Notes: generated by a model from the letters alone, not told the origin. Positions 1 to 7,947 are shown, counted from the stretch's first letter. The stretch is 44,857 nt of DNA from an uncultured bacterium (GCA_963848635.1 CAWKEA010000009.1:1-44857), one strand, 5' to 3'. Program-made: numbers and translations.

Positions 1-192
1 CGCAAAAAAGTGAAATCGCATTCCGTGGGCGAAATCGCACCATCGCAAACCACAAGTGGAGGGCGGGGCGGAATTCCTCCCCAGACCCCTCCTTCCGCCC
101 CGCCCGCTTCATTGCTGGATTTTTTTGGGATTTTCGGAATCAGGGCAAAGGGCGCACGAGGCGAAAAAACGAGGACGCGGTCGCGGACGAGT
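1..192 (-). repeat. inverted repeat IR-A, left copy (reverse complement of 1893-2084); encodes the recombinase C-terminal tail
   Basis: By-eye alignment: base x pairs with base 2085-x, with about 3-4 mismatches over ~190 nt. Similarity decays beyond ~192. Confidence 0.9.
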
Positions 193-1553
193 GGGTTCGA
201 ACCGACCTTTTGGAAAAAAGATCGTATTTTCGCAGTATCGGTACTCTCCGCCAAAATAGCGGCCTGTTTACAGTCGTTAAAAAAATTTATCACTGGTTCG
301 AACCGAATCGTCGAGACACGCGACAAACTGCTTAATTTGTCCGTAAGCGTGTGCTTTTCAGTCACAAGTTTGTTTTTAGCATTTTGATATTCTGGAAGCG
401 TCAGCACGTTCTCTAGGTATGCTGTCATAAGTTTGTCTAGCTTGACTTCAATCTCCGAAATTTCAGCATCAACTTTATCCGTCTGATTTTTCAAAAGTTT
501 GTCATTTTCAGTCCGATCTTTTTCAGTCTCGGCAATGAGCCAATCAGCAACGGCATCCGACAAGGAATGTTCCTTCAAAGCCGTCTGAATCTGCGAAGTT
601 ATAATTTCCTCACGGACATATTTCTGTGAGCAGACGCCTTTCCGTTTTGTGCATCGTAAATAGTTATGACCTTTTTGCGTTTCGGTAGTAATGAAGCATC
701 CGCACTCGGCACAGTGAAATAGTCCGCGATACGCATACGACTTCAATTCTTTTGTTTTCGGTTTGGATTTTCGCAACATAACCTCCTGAACATCATCAAA
801 GAGCTTTTTTGAGATGATAGGCTCGTGCTTACCTTCGTAAAATTCTCCACCATAGCGGATCAATCCATGGTAAAAAGGATTTTTCAAAAGATACTGATAG
901 TTAGAAATGGACAGCACCCCATCACCAGAGCCCTTGAGGCCTAGGTCGTTAATTTTTCGGCGTACCTGAGCGAATGTGAAGTTACCCGTGGCATATGCCT
1001 CGAATGTCTTTTTTACTAACACCGATTTCACCGGATCGACAACGATAGTTTTTATCTTTTTATCATTCAAATATCCAAGCGGAGCTTTCTGTGGCCAAAT
1101 TCCGTTTTTGAGTTTTTGCCTGTGCCCGCGTTTGATGTTTTCTGACAGATTGTCGACATAGTATTTACTCTGGCCAAAGGAAATTGAAAGCATGAATTTA
1201 CCCTGCGGAGTGGCGTCAAACCAGAATGTAGGAAATTTCAAGTCGGTGATTTTGCCGGTATCTACAAGATATATAATCCGTCCTCCATCAACTGAATTGC
1301 GAGCGAGTCTGTCTGGATGCCAAGCCAGTATTCCAGAAGCTTCTCCAGCTTCTATACGATCCAGCATATCTGCGAATATCGGCCTACCAGGCACTTTAGC
1401 AGTCTGTTTCTCTATGAAAGTGTCAACGACATCAATTTTCTCCTTTCTAGCAAGCTCGCGTAGCTCCGCTAGCTGATCAGGCAAGCTTCTTATCTGGTGA
1501 TCTTTGTCATCAGTGGATTTTCGAGCATAAATAAAATATTTTTTATCACTCAT
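1..1553 (-). CDS. large serine recombinase; the gene's 3' end runs off the left edge of the window
   Basis: Absent from the ORF track because there is no stop inside the window. Manual minus-strand translation from the ATG (1553-1551) gives MSDKKYFIYARKSTDDKDHQIRSLPDQ...GILAWHPDRLARNSVDGG...FHCAECGCFITTETQKGHNYLRCTKRKGVC...coiled-coil...FQKVGSNPLVRDRVLVF, open down to base 1. It shows the catalytic Ser motif (YARKST), DRLARN and a Cys-rich zinc ribbon typical of large serine recombinases. Confidence 0.85.
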   Translation of the reverse strand, partial: MSDKKYFIYARKSTDDKDHQIRSLPDQLAELRELARKEKIDVVDTFIEKQTAKVPGRPIFADMLDRIEAGEASGILAWHPDRLARNSVDGGRIIYLVDTGKITDLKFPTFWFDATPQGKFMLSISFGQSKYYVDNLSENIKRGHRQKLKNGIWPQKAPLGYLNDKKIKTIVVDPVKSVLVKKTFEAYATGNFTFAQVRRKINDLGLKGSGDGVLSISNYQYLLKNPFYHGLIRYGGEFYEGKHEPIISKKLFDDVQEVMLRKSKPKTKELKSYAYRGLFHCAECGCFITTETQKGHNYLRCTKRKGVCSQKYVREEIITSQIQTALKEHSLSDAVADWLIAETEKDRTENDKLLKNQTDKVDAEISEIEVKLDKLMTAYLENVLTLPEYQNAKNKLVTEKHTLTDKLSSLSRVSTIRFEPVINFFNDCKQAAILAESTDTAKIRSFFQKVGSNPLVRDRVLVFSPRAPFALIPKIPKKSSNEAGGAEGGVWGGIPPRPPLVVCDGAISPTECDFTFL

Positions 1554-1559
1554 GAATAT

Positions 1560-1585
1560 ATTTTACCATTTTTTCGTTAAGTCAA
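1560..1585 (-). promoter_or_regulatory. candidate promoter of the recombinase gene (TTGACT, then TGgTAAAAT extended -10); probably a leaderless or very short-leader mRNA
   Basis: The minus strand reads cTTGACTtaacgaaaaaaTGgTAAAATatattcATG. The -10 ends 6 nt before the ATG. Confidence 0.3.
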
Positions 1586-1658
1586 GAAGTATTTTTCCAA
1601 AAAAATCTGTGCGTAAGCGGTGCACAACGTGCTCCGCTACGCTTTCACAACGTGCTCT

Positions 1659-1834
1659 GTCGAGAAGCGGTCGACTTCCGCTTCTCTCATCAACCGTTCT
1701 TCGCGCCTCGCACACATCGGTATGTCGAGAGCGCACCCCTGTTGCGACTAGCAACTGGGGGAATGCGCGGAGACATACGGGTGTGTGCGTAGGCGCGCCA
1801 CTAAACCATCGTGGAAGCGGAAGTGGGCCGCTTC
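1659..1834 (+). repeat. structured element E1: conserved 5' hairpin block, ~100 nt rod-like variable hairpin, conserved 3' hairpin
   Basis: 5' hairpin gagaagcgg/ccgcttctc (1662-1686). Central stem 1703-1726 pairs with 1772-1796 and has nested inner stems. 3' hairpin gaagcgg-aagtggg-ccgcttc (1814-1834). Both end blocks recur at 8583-8725. Confidence 0.75.
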
Positions 1835-1892
1835 GAACAACTGCGATGATTGCGATTTGTGTTTGCGATGAAAAAACAGCCGGTGAGAAACC

Positions 1893-2084
1893 TCTGGTCC
1901 GCGACCGCGCCCTCATTTTTTCGCCTCGTGCGCCCTTTGCCCTGATTCCGAAAATCCCAAAAAAATCCAGCAATGAAGCGGGCGGGGCGGAAGGAGGGGT
2001 CTGGGGAGGAATTCCGCCCCGCCCTCCACTTGTGGTTTGCGATGGTGCGATTTCGCCCACGGAATGCGATTTCACTTTTTTGCG
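1893..2084 (+). repeat. inverted repeat IR-A, right copy; a duplicated, inverted copy of the recombinase gene's 3' end
   Basis: The + strand translates to PLVRDRALIFSPRAPFALIPKIPKKSSNEAGGAEGGVWGGIPPRPPLVVCDGAISPTECDFTFL, nearly identical to the recombinase tail encoded at 1-192 on the minus strand. Confidence 0.9.
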
Positions 2085-2330
2085 GCAGTTTTTACTTGAA
2101 GTTCGAACATTTTTCGCTGAAAATCCGCAGGCGTGATTGTTTCGTGAATGAAATGCGGAGTCGCTTCGCTCCACTGTTTTTTGCCTCCGCCGGCTCGATC
2201 TTTTGATCGCATCGCAATCACAAAAAGGTGGAGAGGGCGGACGGAGGACTGGGGTGTGGGGGAAGGACTCCGTCCGCCCTCACTATTTGTTTTGGTCGCG
2301 CGCCGGATTGGTGATTGGGGGGGGTGGGTT
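2079..2330 (+). repeat. inverted repeat IR-B, left copy (reverse complement of 8783-9032); contiguous with IR-A right copy
   Basis: By-eye alignment shows ~10 mismatches in ~250 nt plus a homopolymer length difference (G8 here, C6 in the partner). Contains a perfect 14-bp hairpin, 2233-2246 with 2268-2281. Confidence 0.9.
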
Positions 2331-2373
2331 AGGTTACTTTTTGAGGTGTGGATTTGGCGGTATTCCTTTAATT

Positions 2374-2390
2374 GGGGGGGGTGATATACT
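2374..2390 (+). promoter_or_regulatory. G8 tract abutting an extended -10 (TGaTATACT) upstream of the giant surface-protein gene
   Basis: attGGGGGGGGTGATATACT lies 64 nt upstream of the ATG at 2454. No convincing -35 was found. Confidence 0.4.
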
Positions 2391-2453
2391 AGTAAGTAAG
2401 CAATTACAAAGTGCGAAATCACGCAATCACAAATATTACAAACTTTTAATAAC

Positions 2454-5400
2454 ATGACCCATAAACGCCATGCGATTCACGAGAGAGAGAGAGAGAGAGT
2501 AGAAGCTCCCTCTAAAATAGCTAAAAAGATTTTTCTGTGGAGCACGTTCCTCTTAGGAATTTTTTGTGTATTGGTTTTTCCTACTAAGAGTTTCGCGAGT
2601 AATGTTTGGATTCAGAGAACAGTTCCCGGAACTCCGATAATAAATAGTATTACCAATTCTTCGGACGGTAATACTATTTACTTGGCAACTGCTTCTTCAA
2701 GCACCTCTACCGGATACATTTATATCTCGACAAATAACGGAGTCAGTTTCGCTTCAAGTACCAATAATGCTGGTATTCATAGGTGGGCATCCATTACATC
2801 TTCGGGAGACGGGACTAAGGTATATGCGGCAACAGTGTGTTCAGTCTCTGCGAATTGCGGTGGCACGGCTGATTATGTATACACCTCTACGAATAGCGGT
2901 ATAACATGGAACAACCTTACATCTCTAGGAACAGCTTTAGATTGGGTCAGCGTCTCAACTTCAAATGACGGCACGAAAGTGATTGCGCAAGATAACAGCA
3001 CCCATACGTACGTCTCGGCCAACAGCGGTGCTTCATGGGCCACGACTACAGGTATCGGTAATGGCAATGTGAGCGTGTCTCCTGACGGCACAATGTTCGT
3101 GGCCACCGATAGCTCCGGTAATGTGTACGTTTCGACAAATAATGGCGCATCATGGGCGACCACGACAGCTGCAACTGTGGGAGGAGCAGTTAGATTTGTT
3201 GTTGCTACGAACGGGAATATCATATACAAGAGCGGGTATCCATACGTATATAAGTCAACGAACGGAGGCGCTTCGTGGTCAGCATTGACTGCTGTCGGAT
3301 CTACTACCTGGGCAAACATATCGGCATCTTCCGATGGCAGTCATGTCGTTGTCGCCGGGGCAAACGGCATAGATAACTTTGCATACTTGTCAGCCGACGG
3401 AGGTGCCACATGGACTTTCTATAACAATGGGCTAGGCTGGGTCTTTGCATATGCCCAAGACGGAACAAAAATCGCGGCGGCGGCAGGCAGTGCAGTGTAC
3501 GTCAATAGTCCTGTGCCGACGGTTACTACTGCGGCGGCATCGAGTATAACGGCAACAGGGGTTACTTTGAATGCCACACTCGTCTATGACGGCGGTGCCG
3601 CAGTCTCATCAACAACTGTTGAAGGTTTCAATTATGGTCTTACCACAACGTACGGTTCGGCTACTTCTACTACTGGTACGACAACGCCTGGTGCATGGTC
3701 GCAGACAGTAACAGGATTGACTTGTAATACCGTCTACTATTTCCAGTCATATGCCACCAATATTAACGGAACTGGTAATGGAACCGGGTCATATTTCAAG
3801 ACATTGCCGTGTTCCAGCAATTTTTCAATCGATCGTAGCTCGATACCAACTTCTGCGACGACCGTGATCAATCTGACTGGAAATGCTACCGGCTGGACAG
3901 CCGGAACTCCGGGCACTCCAACATTTTCAGTTTCCGGAGTTACCGGCGCATCGATATCATCTCAAACAGTATCTGATGCGACGCACGCATCGCTATCGAT
4001 AGTTACCGGTACTGCCACGGGTACATTGACAATCACTGATCCGAGTCACAGCACCACACAAACCACTCTCGTGAGCCAAGCCACGAATGTTATTGCGCCA
4101 GATGCAACGGGTATATTTCTCACTCCTGGTAGCTACGATTCAGGGACCTATGTCCAATGGGAACATACTGCCGCAGGGGCAAAGTTTAATTTCACGGGAG
4201 GCATTCTGAAAGCTGATTTGGATGAGAGCCTCTTGGTCAATGTCGGACGAGCCAAAGCCAGTTTCCCGTATATCAACTGGCGCGTTGACGGAGGATCATG
4301 GCAACGTACGCAAGCGTATCCAGATTCAACAACAACGCAAGTAATGACGTTGGCAACGGGGCTATCGACCACAACGACCCATTCGGCTGAAGTCCGTTTC
4401 GAGCAAGGGTCTGAAACTGATACTTGGACTCCACAGGATGCAGTCAACCTTACAGGCTGGGAAGTACAGAGCGGAAGCGCGATATCCGCGCCTTCGCCTG
4501 AAGCCAGCACTACTGTTTCAGCCGCGGGCGTTTCGTTGGGACTTCGACCGAAACGCATGATGATTTTTGGAGATTCGATAACGCGCGGATACAATGCAGA
4601 GTCCAGTTCGACCGCACCAGGACAAGATCTTACAGGGGCAGGACATACATTCGCGCTTGATAGCTGGGGACCATTATTTGCTCAAGCCCTAGACGCTGAA
4701 GTAGGCATCGTAGCATATAGCGGTCAAGGTTGGCGTCACTTTATGACCAATGGCGGACCGGCATTCCCCGTCTCATATCCGATGTATGATTCTACGCACT
4801 CAAGGACGATGCCCTCAAATCTTGACTATGTGGTTGTAGCGCTGTCGGTAAATGATAGTACCGCATATAACATGGCCAATACTGTCTCTACGTGGCTTAC
4901 AAATGTCCGTGCCGCAGTAGGAGCAAGCACGTATATATTTGTAGCGCCAAACTTAGGCGATGTAAGTTCGACAATCGTCAACAATGTCGACTCGGGAGTA
5001 AATGCATATAAAGCGGCAAATCCCACAGATACGAAGGTATTCATAATTGATCCGGGAGGTAATTTCATGGGCACGCCACCAGGGACATATTGGTATCAGG
5101 GCACCGTGCATCCTAACAATCTCGGTCATGCCCTGCTCGCTTCTGACTTAGCAACTTTGGCCGTTGCCGATGTGCCGACGGTCATATCTAGCATCGCCTC
5201 AAGCACTACGAGCACGAGTGTTACGATCACCTGGACGACAGACAGGGCGGCTACGAGTCTTGTAAATTATGGCACGACCGCATCATATACAGCCTCGTCA
5301 ACATTCAGCGGAAGTCTGACACTCTCTCACAGCGTGACCATATCTAGTCTCTCGCCTTTGACGACGTATCACTTCCAGATATCTTCGATCGATACCGCTT

Positions 5401-7436
5401 CATCAACAGCAACCTCCAGCGATCTTACATTCACGACACCCTCTAGTGTCACTGCTCCGACGCTTCTAGTGCCCACATTCTCCGGCGTGACCCAAACCGG
5501 AGCTACCGCTTCAAGCACGATCAGCGCGACAGGAGGAGCAAACGCGACTGTTGAAGGTTTTGCTTGGGGCACAAATACCTCGTATGCTCTCGGCACCACT
5601 TCATCGAGCGGTTCATTCGGAATATCGGATTTCTCGAATGCCACAACCACTCTTACTTGCGGCACTACTTACCATGTCCGCGCTTACGCCACCAACTCCG
5701 GAGGTACAGGATATAGCTCTGACGCAAGCACGACAACAAGCCCATGCAATGCCACGACATATACTTTCACTGGACCATCGAATGGTAACGCCGGGAGCGC
5801 ATCTACCATCTTCACCGTGACGCCAAATGGGCCATATAACAGCACGATCACCCTGACACCGACGGGAGGTTTCGGCCTTTCTCCAACTATATTGACATTC
5901 TCAAACTCAAGCGCTCCGCAAACTTTCACCATCACCCCGACAGTCGCAGGCTCGATCACTCTCACACCTACCGACAATGGAGGACTGACTGATGCTTCAC
6001 CGCTCACCTATACGGCTAACGCTGTTGTTCCCGGACAACCGACTTCTGTCACCGCCGCAACCTCAACTCCGAATCAGGCCACGGTCACCTTCTCCGCTCC
6101 AGGATTTAATGGCGGTTCTACCATCCTCTACTACCTCGCCTCCTCAACCCCAGGCAATTTCACGGGAACTTCAAGCGGTGCCCCCATCGTCGTCTCGAGC
6201 CTCACGAACGGCACTTCATATACCTTCGCCGTCTACGCCGTGAATGCGGCCGGCACGAGCACTCCTTCTTCGGCTTCCAATGCAGTGACACCTATCGGCG
6301 TGCCCGGCGCTCCGACGGGAGCGGTCGCCACAGCCGGCAATACCCAGGCGGTAGTTAACTTTAGCGCACCAGGGTCGACCGGCGGCAGTCAGATCACCGG
6401 CTATACAGTGACATCAAGTCCTGTCGGAGGCACTGATACTAATGCAGGTACGACTGCTCTCACCCATACCGTGACGGGCCTCGCTAATGGAACGCCGTAT
6501 ACTTTCACTGTGACTGCCACCAATGTCGTCGGTACAGGAAGTGCTTCCAGCGCATCATCTCCGGTTACTCCTTCTACTGTTGCGGCCGTGTCAACTAACG
6601 TGGTTACAAACATCGCTTCAACCAGCGCGACATTGAGCGGTTCGATCACTTCGACCGGAGGTGCCGATGCTAATCAACATGGTTTTGCTTACAGCACCGA
6701 TCAGAATCTGATAAGTTCCGTTTCCACGACGACGTTAGGTTCGTTCACAGGTACGGGTACCTTCACGAGTTCCGTGACCGGACTTACGTCTAATACCACC
6801 TATTATGTGCGCACATATTCCGTCAATGCTTCAGGCACGACCACTGGCTCAATCATCTCCTTCCTGACCTTGCCTGCGGTTCCAACCATGACCACTCAAA
6901 CTCCAACAGCTGGATCAGGCATCTTCTTCACGGCTAATGGAAACATCACCGCGACTGCTGTGAATGCCACTGCCCGTGGCTTCGTCTATGGCACTACTCT
7001 GGCATACGGAGCGACCACAACCTCAAGCGGCTCATTCGGCACGGGCGCCTACACCGCTACGATCACCGGCCTTACTTGTAACACGCTCTATCATATCGCT
7101 TCATACGCCGTGAATACCGGAGGCACAGGCTATGGTTCTGATCAAACTATCACGACCGGTGTATGTACGAAGCCGACATTGACCGTGCAAGTGGCTTCTG
7201 GCATTACGACGACTGCGGCTACTCTAAACGGCTCCATGACCGCTGACGGCAACGCCTCCTCTACAGTTGAAGGATTTAATTGGGGTACGGACACCAGCTA
7301 CGGTCAGGTAGCCTCCGCCAGCGGAACCTTCGGCATTGGATCTTTCTCGCAATCGTTGTCTAGTCTGACTTGCGGCACGACATATCACTTCCAAGTCTAT
7401 CGCTACCAACATCGCAGGACAGGGGACCTCGACTGA
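2454..7436 (+). CDS. giant cell-surface protein: N-terminal signal anchor, BNR/Asp-box (sortilin-like) beta-propeller repeats, SGNH/GDSL hydrolase domain and many FN3-like repeats. It is truncated by a frameshift and continues in ORF 7549-7938.
   Basis: Repeated S-x-(D/N)-x-G-x-(S/T)-W motifs (YVSTNNGASW, YTSTNSGITW, YKSTNGGASW, LSADGGATW). GDSL block MMIFGDSITRGYN and block V GTVHPNNLGH. At least 10 repeats of the type VEGFxWG...Y....S..G.F.....GLTCxTxYHxxAYATNxxGTGY, plus classic FN3 (PGxPTxVTA...FTV.A.N..G). Confidence 0.85.
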   Translation: MTHKRHAIHERERERVEAPSKIAKKIFLWSTFLLGIFCVLVFPTKSFASNVWIQRTVPGTPIINSITNSSDGNTIYLATASSSTSTGYIYISTNNGVSFASSTNNAGIHRWASITSSGDGTKVYAATVCSVSANCGGTADYVYTSTNSGITWNNLTSLGTALDWVSVSTSNDGTKVIAQDNSTHTYVSANSGASWATTTGIGNGNVSVSPDGTMFVATDSSGNVYVSTNNGASWATTTAATVGGAVRFVVATNGNIIYKSGYPYVYKSTNGGASWSALTAVGSTTWANISASSDGSHVVVAGANGIDNFAYLSADGGATWTFYNNGLGWVFAYAQDGTKIAAAAGSAVYVNSPVPTVTTAAASSITATGVTLNATLVYDGGAAVSSTTVEGFNYGLTTTYGSATSTTGTTTPGAWSQTVTGLTCNTVYYFQSYATNINGTGNGTGSYFKTLPCSSNFSIDRSSIPTSATTVINLTGNATGWTAGTPGTPTFSVSGVTGASISSQTVSDATHASLSIVTGTATGTLTITDPSHSTTQTTLVSQATNVIAPDATGIFLTPGSYDSGTYVQWEHTAAGAKFNFTGGILKADLDESLLVNVGRAKASFPYINWRVDGGSWQRTQAYPDSTTTQVMTLATGLSTTTTHSAEVRFEQGSETDTWTPQDAVNLTGWEVQSGSAISAPSPEASTTVSAAGVSLGLRPKRMMIFGDSITRGYNAESSSTAPGQDLTGAGHTFALDSWGPLFAQALDAEVGIVAYSGQGWRHFMTNGGPAFPVSYPMYDSTHSRTMPSNLDYVVVALSVNDSTAYNMANTVSTWLTNVRAAVGASTYIFVAPNLGDVSSTIVNNVDSGVNAYKAANPTDTKVFIIDPGGNFMGTPPGTYWYQGTVHPNNLGHALLASDLATLAVADVPTVISSIASSTTSTSVTITWTTDRAATSLVNYGTTASYTASSTFSGSLTLSHSVTISSLSPLTTYHFQISSIDTASSTATSSDLTFTTPSSVTAPTLLVPTFSGVTQTGATASSTISATGGANATVEGFAWGTNTSYALGTTSSSGSFGISDFSNATTTLTCGTTYHVRAYATNSGGTGYSSDASTTTSPCNATTYTFTGPSNGNAGSASTIFTVTPNGPYNSTITLTPTGGFGLSPTILTFSNSSAPQTFTITPTVAGSITLTPTDNGGLTDASPLTYTANAVVPGQPTSVTAATSTPNQATVTFSAPGFNGGSTILYYLASSTPGNFTGTSSGAPIVVSSLTNGTSYTFAVYAVNAAGTSTPSSASNAVTPIGVPGAPTGAVATAGNTQAVVNFSAPGSTGGSQITGYTVTSSPVGGTDTNAGTTALTHTVTGLANGTPYTFTVTATNVVGTGSASSASSPVTPSTVAAVSTNVVTNIASTSATLSGSITSTGGADANQHGFAYSTDQNLISSVSTTTLGSFTGTGTFTSSVTGLTSNTTYYVRTYSVNASGTTTGSIISFLTLPAVPTMTTQTPTAGSGIFFTANGNITATAVNATARGFVYGTTLAYGATTTSSGSFGTGAYTATITGLTCNTLYHIASYAVNTGGTGYGSDQTITTGVCTKPTLTVQVASGITTTAATLNGSMTADGNASSTVEGFNWGTDTSYGQVASASGTFGIGSFSQSLSSLTCGTTYHFQVYRYQHRRTGDLD
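2480..2498 (+). repeat. (GA)9 dinucleotide microsatellite inside the 5' coding region of the giant gene
   Basis: cacGAGAGAGAGAGAGAGAGAGta encodes HERERERV. It sits between the start codon and the signal-anchor helix. Confidence 0.95.
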
Positions 7437-7548
7437 CCAATCGGTCATAACTTCGGCGTGCCCTGTAACTGCCACGCCTACAGTTACCACAAGCGTCAGC
7501 TCCGGAGGAGGCGGCAGTGCCTCAAGCCAAGTTTCTAATCTTCTCTCC

Positions 7549-7938
7549 ATGGGCTTCACCTCTCTGGCCCAACAAGTTGCCAAGCAATACGGCTTGACGA
7601 TCCCGAACACACCAGAGACGGTCCCATCGACGCCATCCACTCCGATAGCTCCTGCATCAGGAGGCCAGTCGTTCACTCGAACGTTGAGAGTCGGCGTGAC
7701 AAACACTGACGTCAAAAGACTGCAGATCTTCCTGAATCAGCAAGGCTTCACGGTCGCCAAGAAGGGCGCTGGCTCTCCTGGACACGAGACGACCTACTTT
7801 GGCCCGGCTACCAAAGTGGCTCTTATGAAATTCCAGCTTGCTTATAAATCACAGACTCTCGACCCGCAAGAACTGAAAGCACCAACAGGGTTTTTCGGAG
7901 TGGATACGATGAAGGCGGTGAACAAGTTGGTGAAGTGA
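7549..7938 (+). CDS. peptidoglycan-binding (PG_binding_1-like) domain protein; almost certainly the displaced C-terminus of the giant protein
   Basis: LRVGVTNTDVKRLQIFLNQQGFTVAKKGAGSPGHETTYFGPATKVALMKFQ matches the PGB1 pattern. This frame is open back to 7402, where it continues the FN3-like repeat consensus (YATNIAGQGTSTDQ). Confidence 0.8.
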   Translation: MGFTSLAQQVAKQYGLTIPNTPETVPSTPSTPIAPASGGQSFTRTLRVGVTNTDVKRLQIFLNQQGFTVAKKGAGSPGHETTYFGPATKVALMKFQLAYKSQTLDPQELKAPTGFFGVDTMKAVNKLVK

Positions 7939-7947
7939 CAAATATAT

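Noticed and set aside
1552-2457. Track ORFs 1552-2136(+), 1563-2174(-), 1973-2206(+), 2072-2455(-), 2148-2384(+), 2203-2457(+), and likewise 10-387(+), 56-259(+), 8703-8915(+), 8904-9287(-), 8912-9181(+) and 9046-9351(-).
   Set aside because: They lie entirely in the repeat and hairpin DNA (IR-A, IR-B, E1, S region). They are Arg/Pro/Gly-rich low-complexity translations of GC hairpins, overlap each other in several frames and have no recognisable motifs. The one meaningful similarity is that 1552-2136 contains the duplicated recombinase tail.
2454-7436. Diversity-generating retroelement (TR/VR) or cassette-type variation among the many FN3-like repeats of the giant gene.
   Set aside because: No reverse transcriptase is present in the window. 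The repeats are divergent at the DNA level (protein-level consensus only), and I saw no near-identical template/variable pair.
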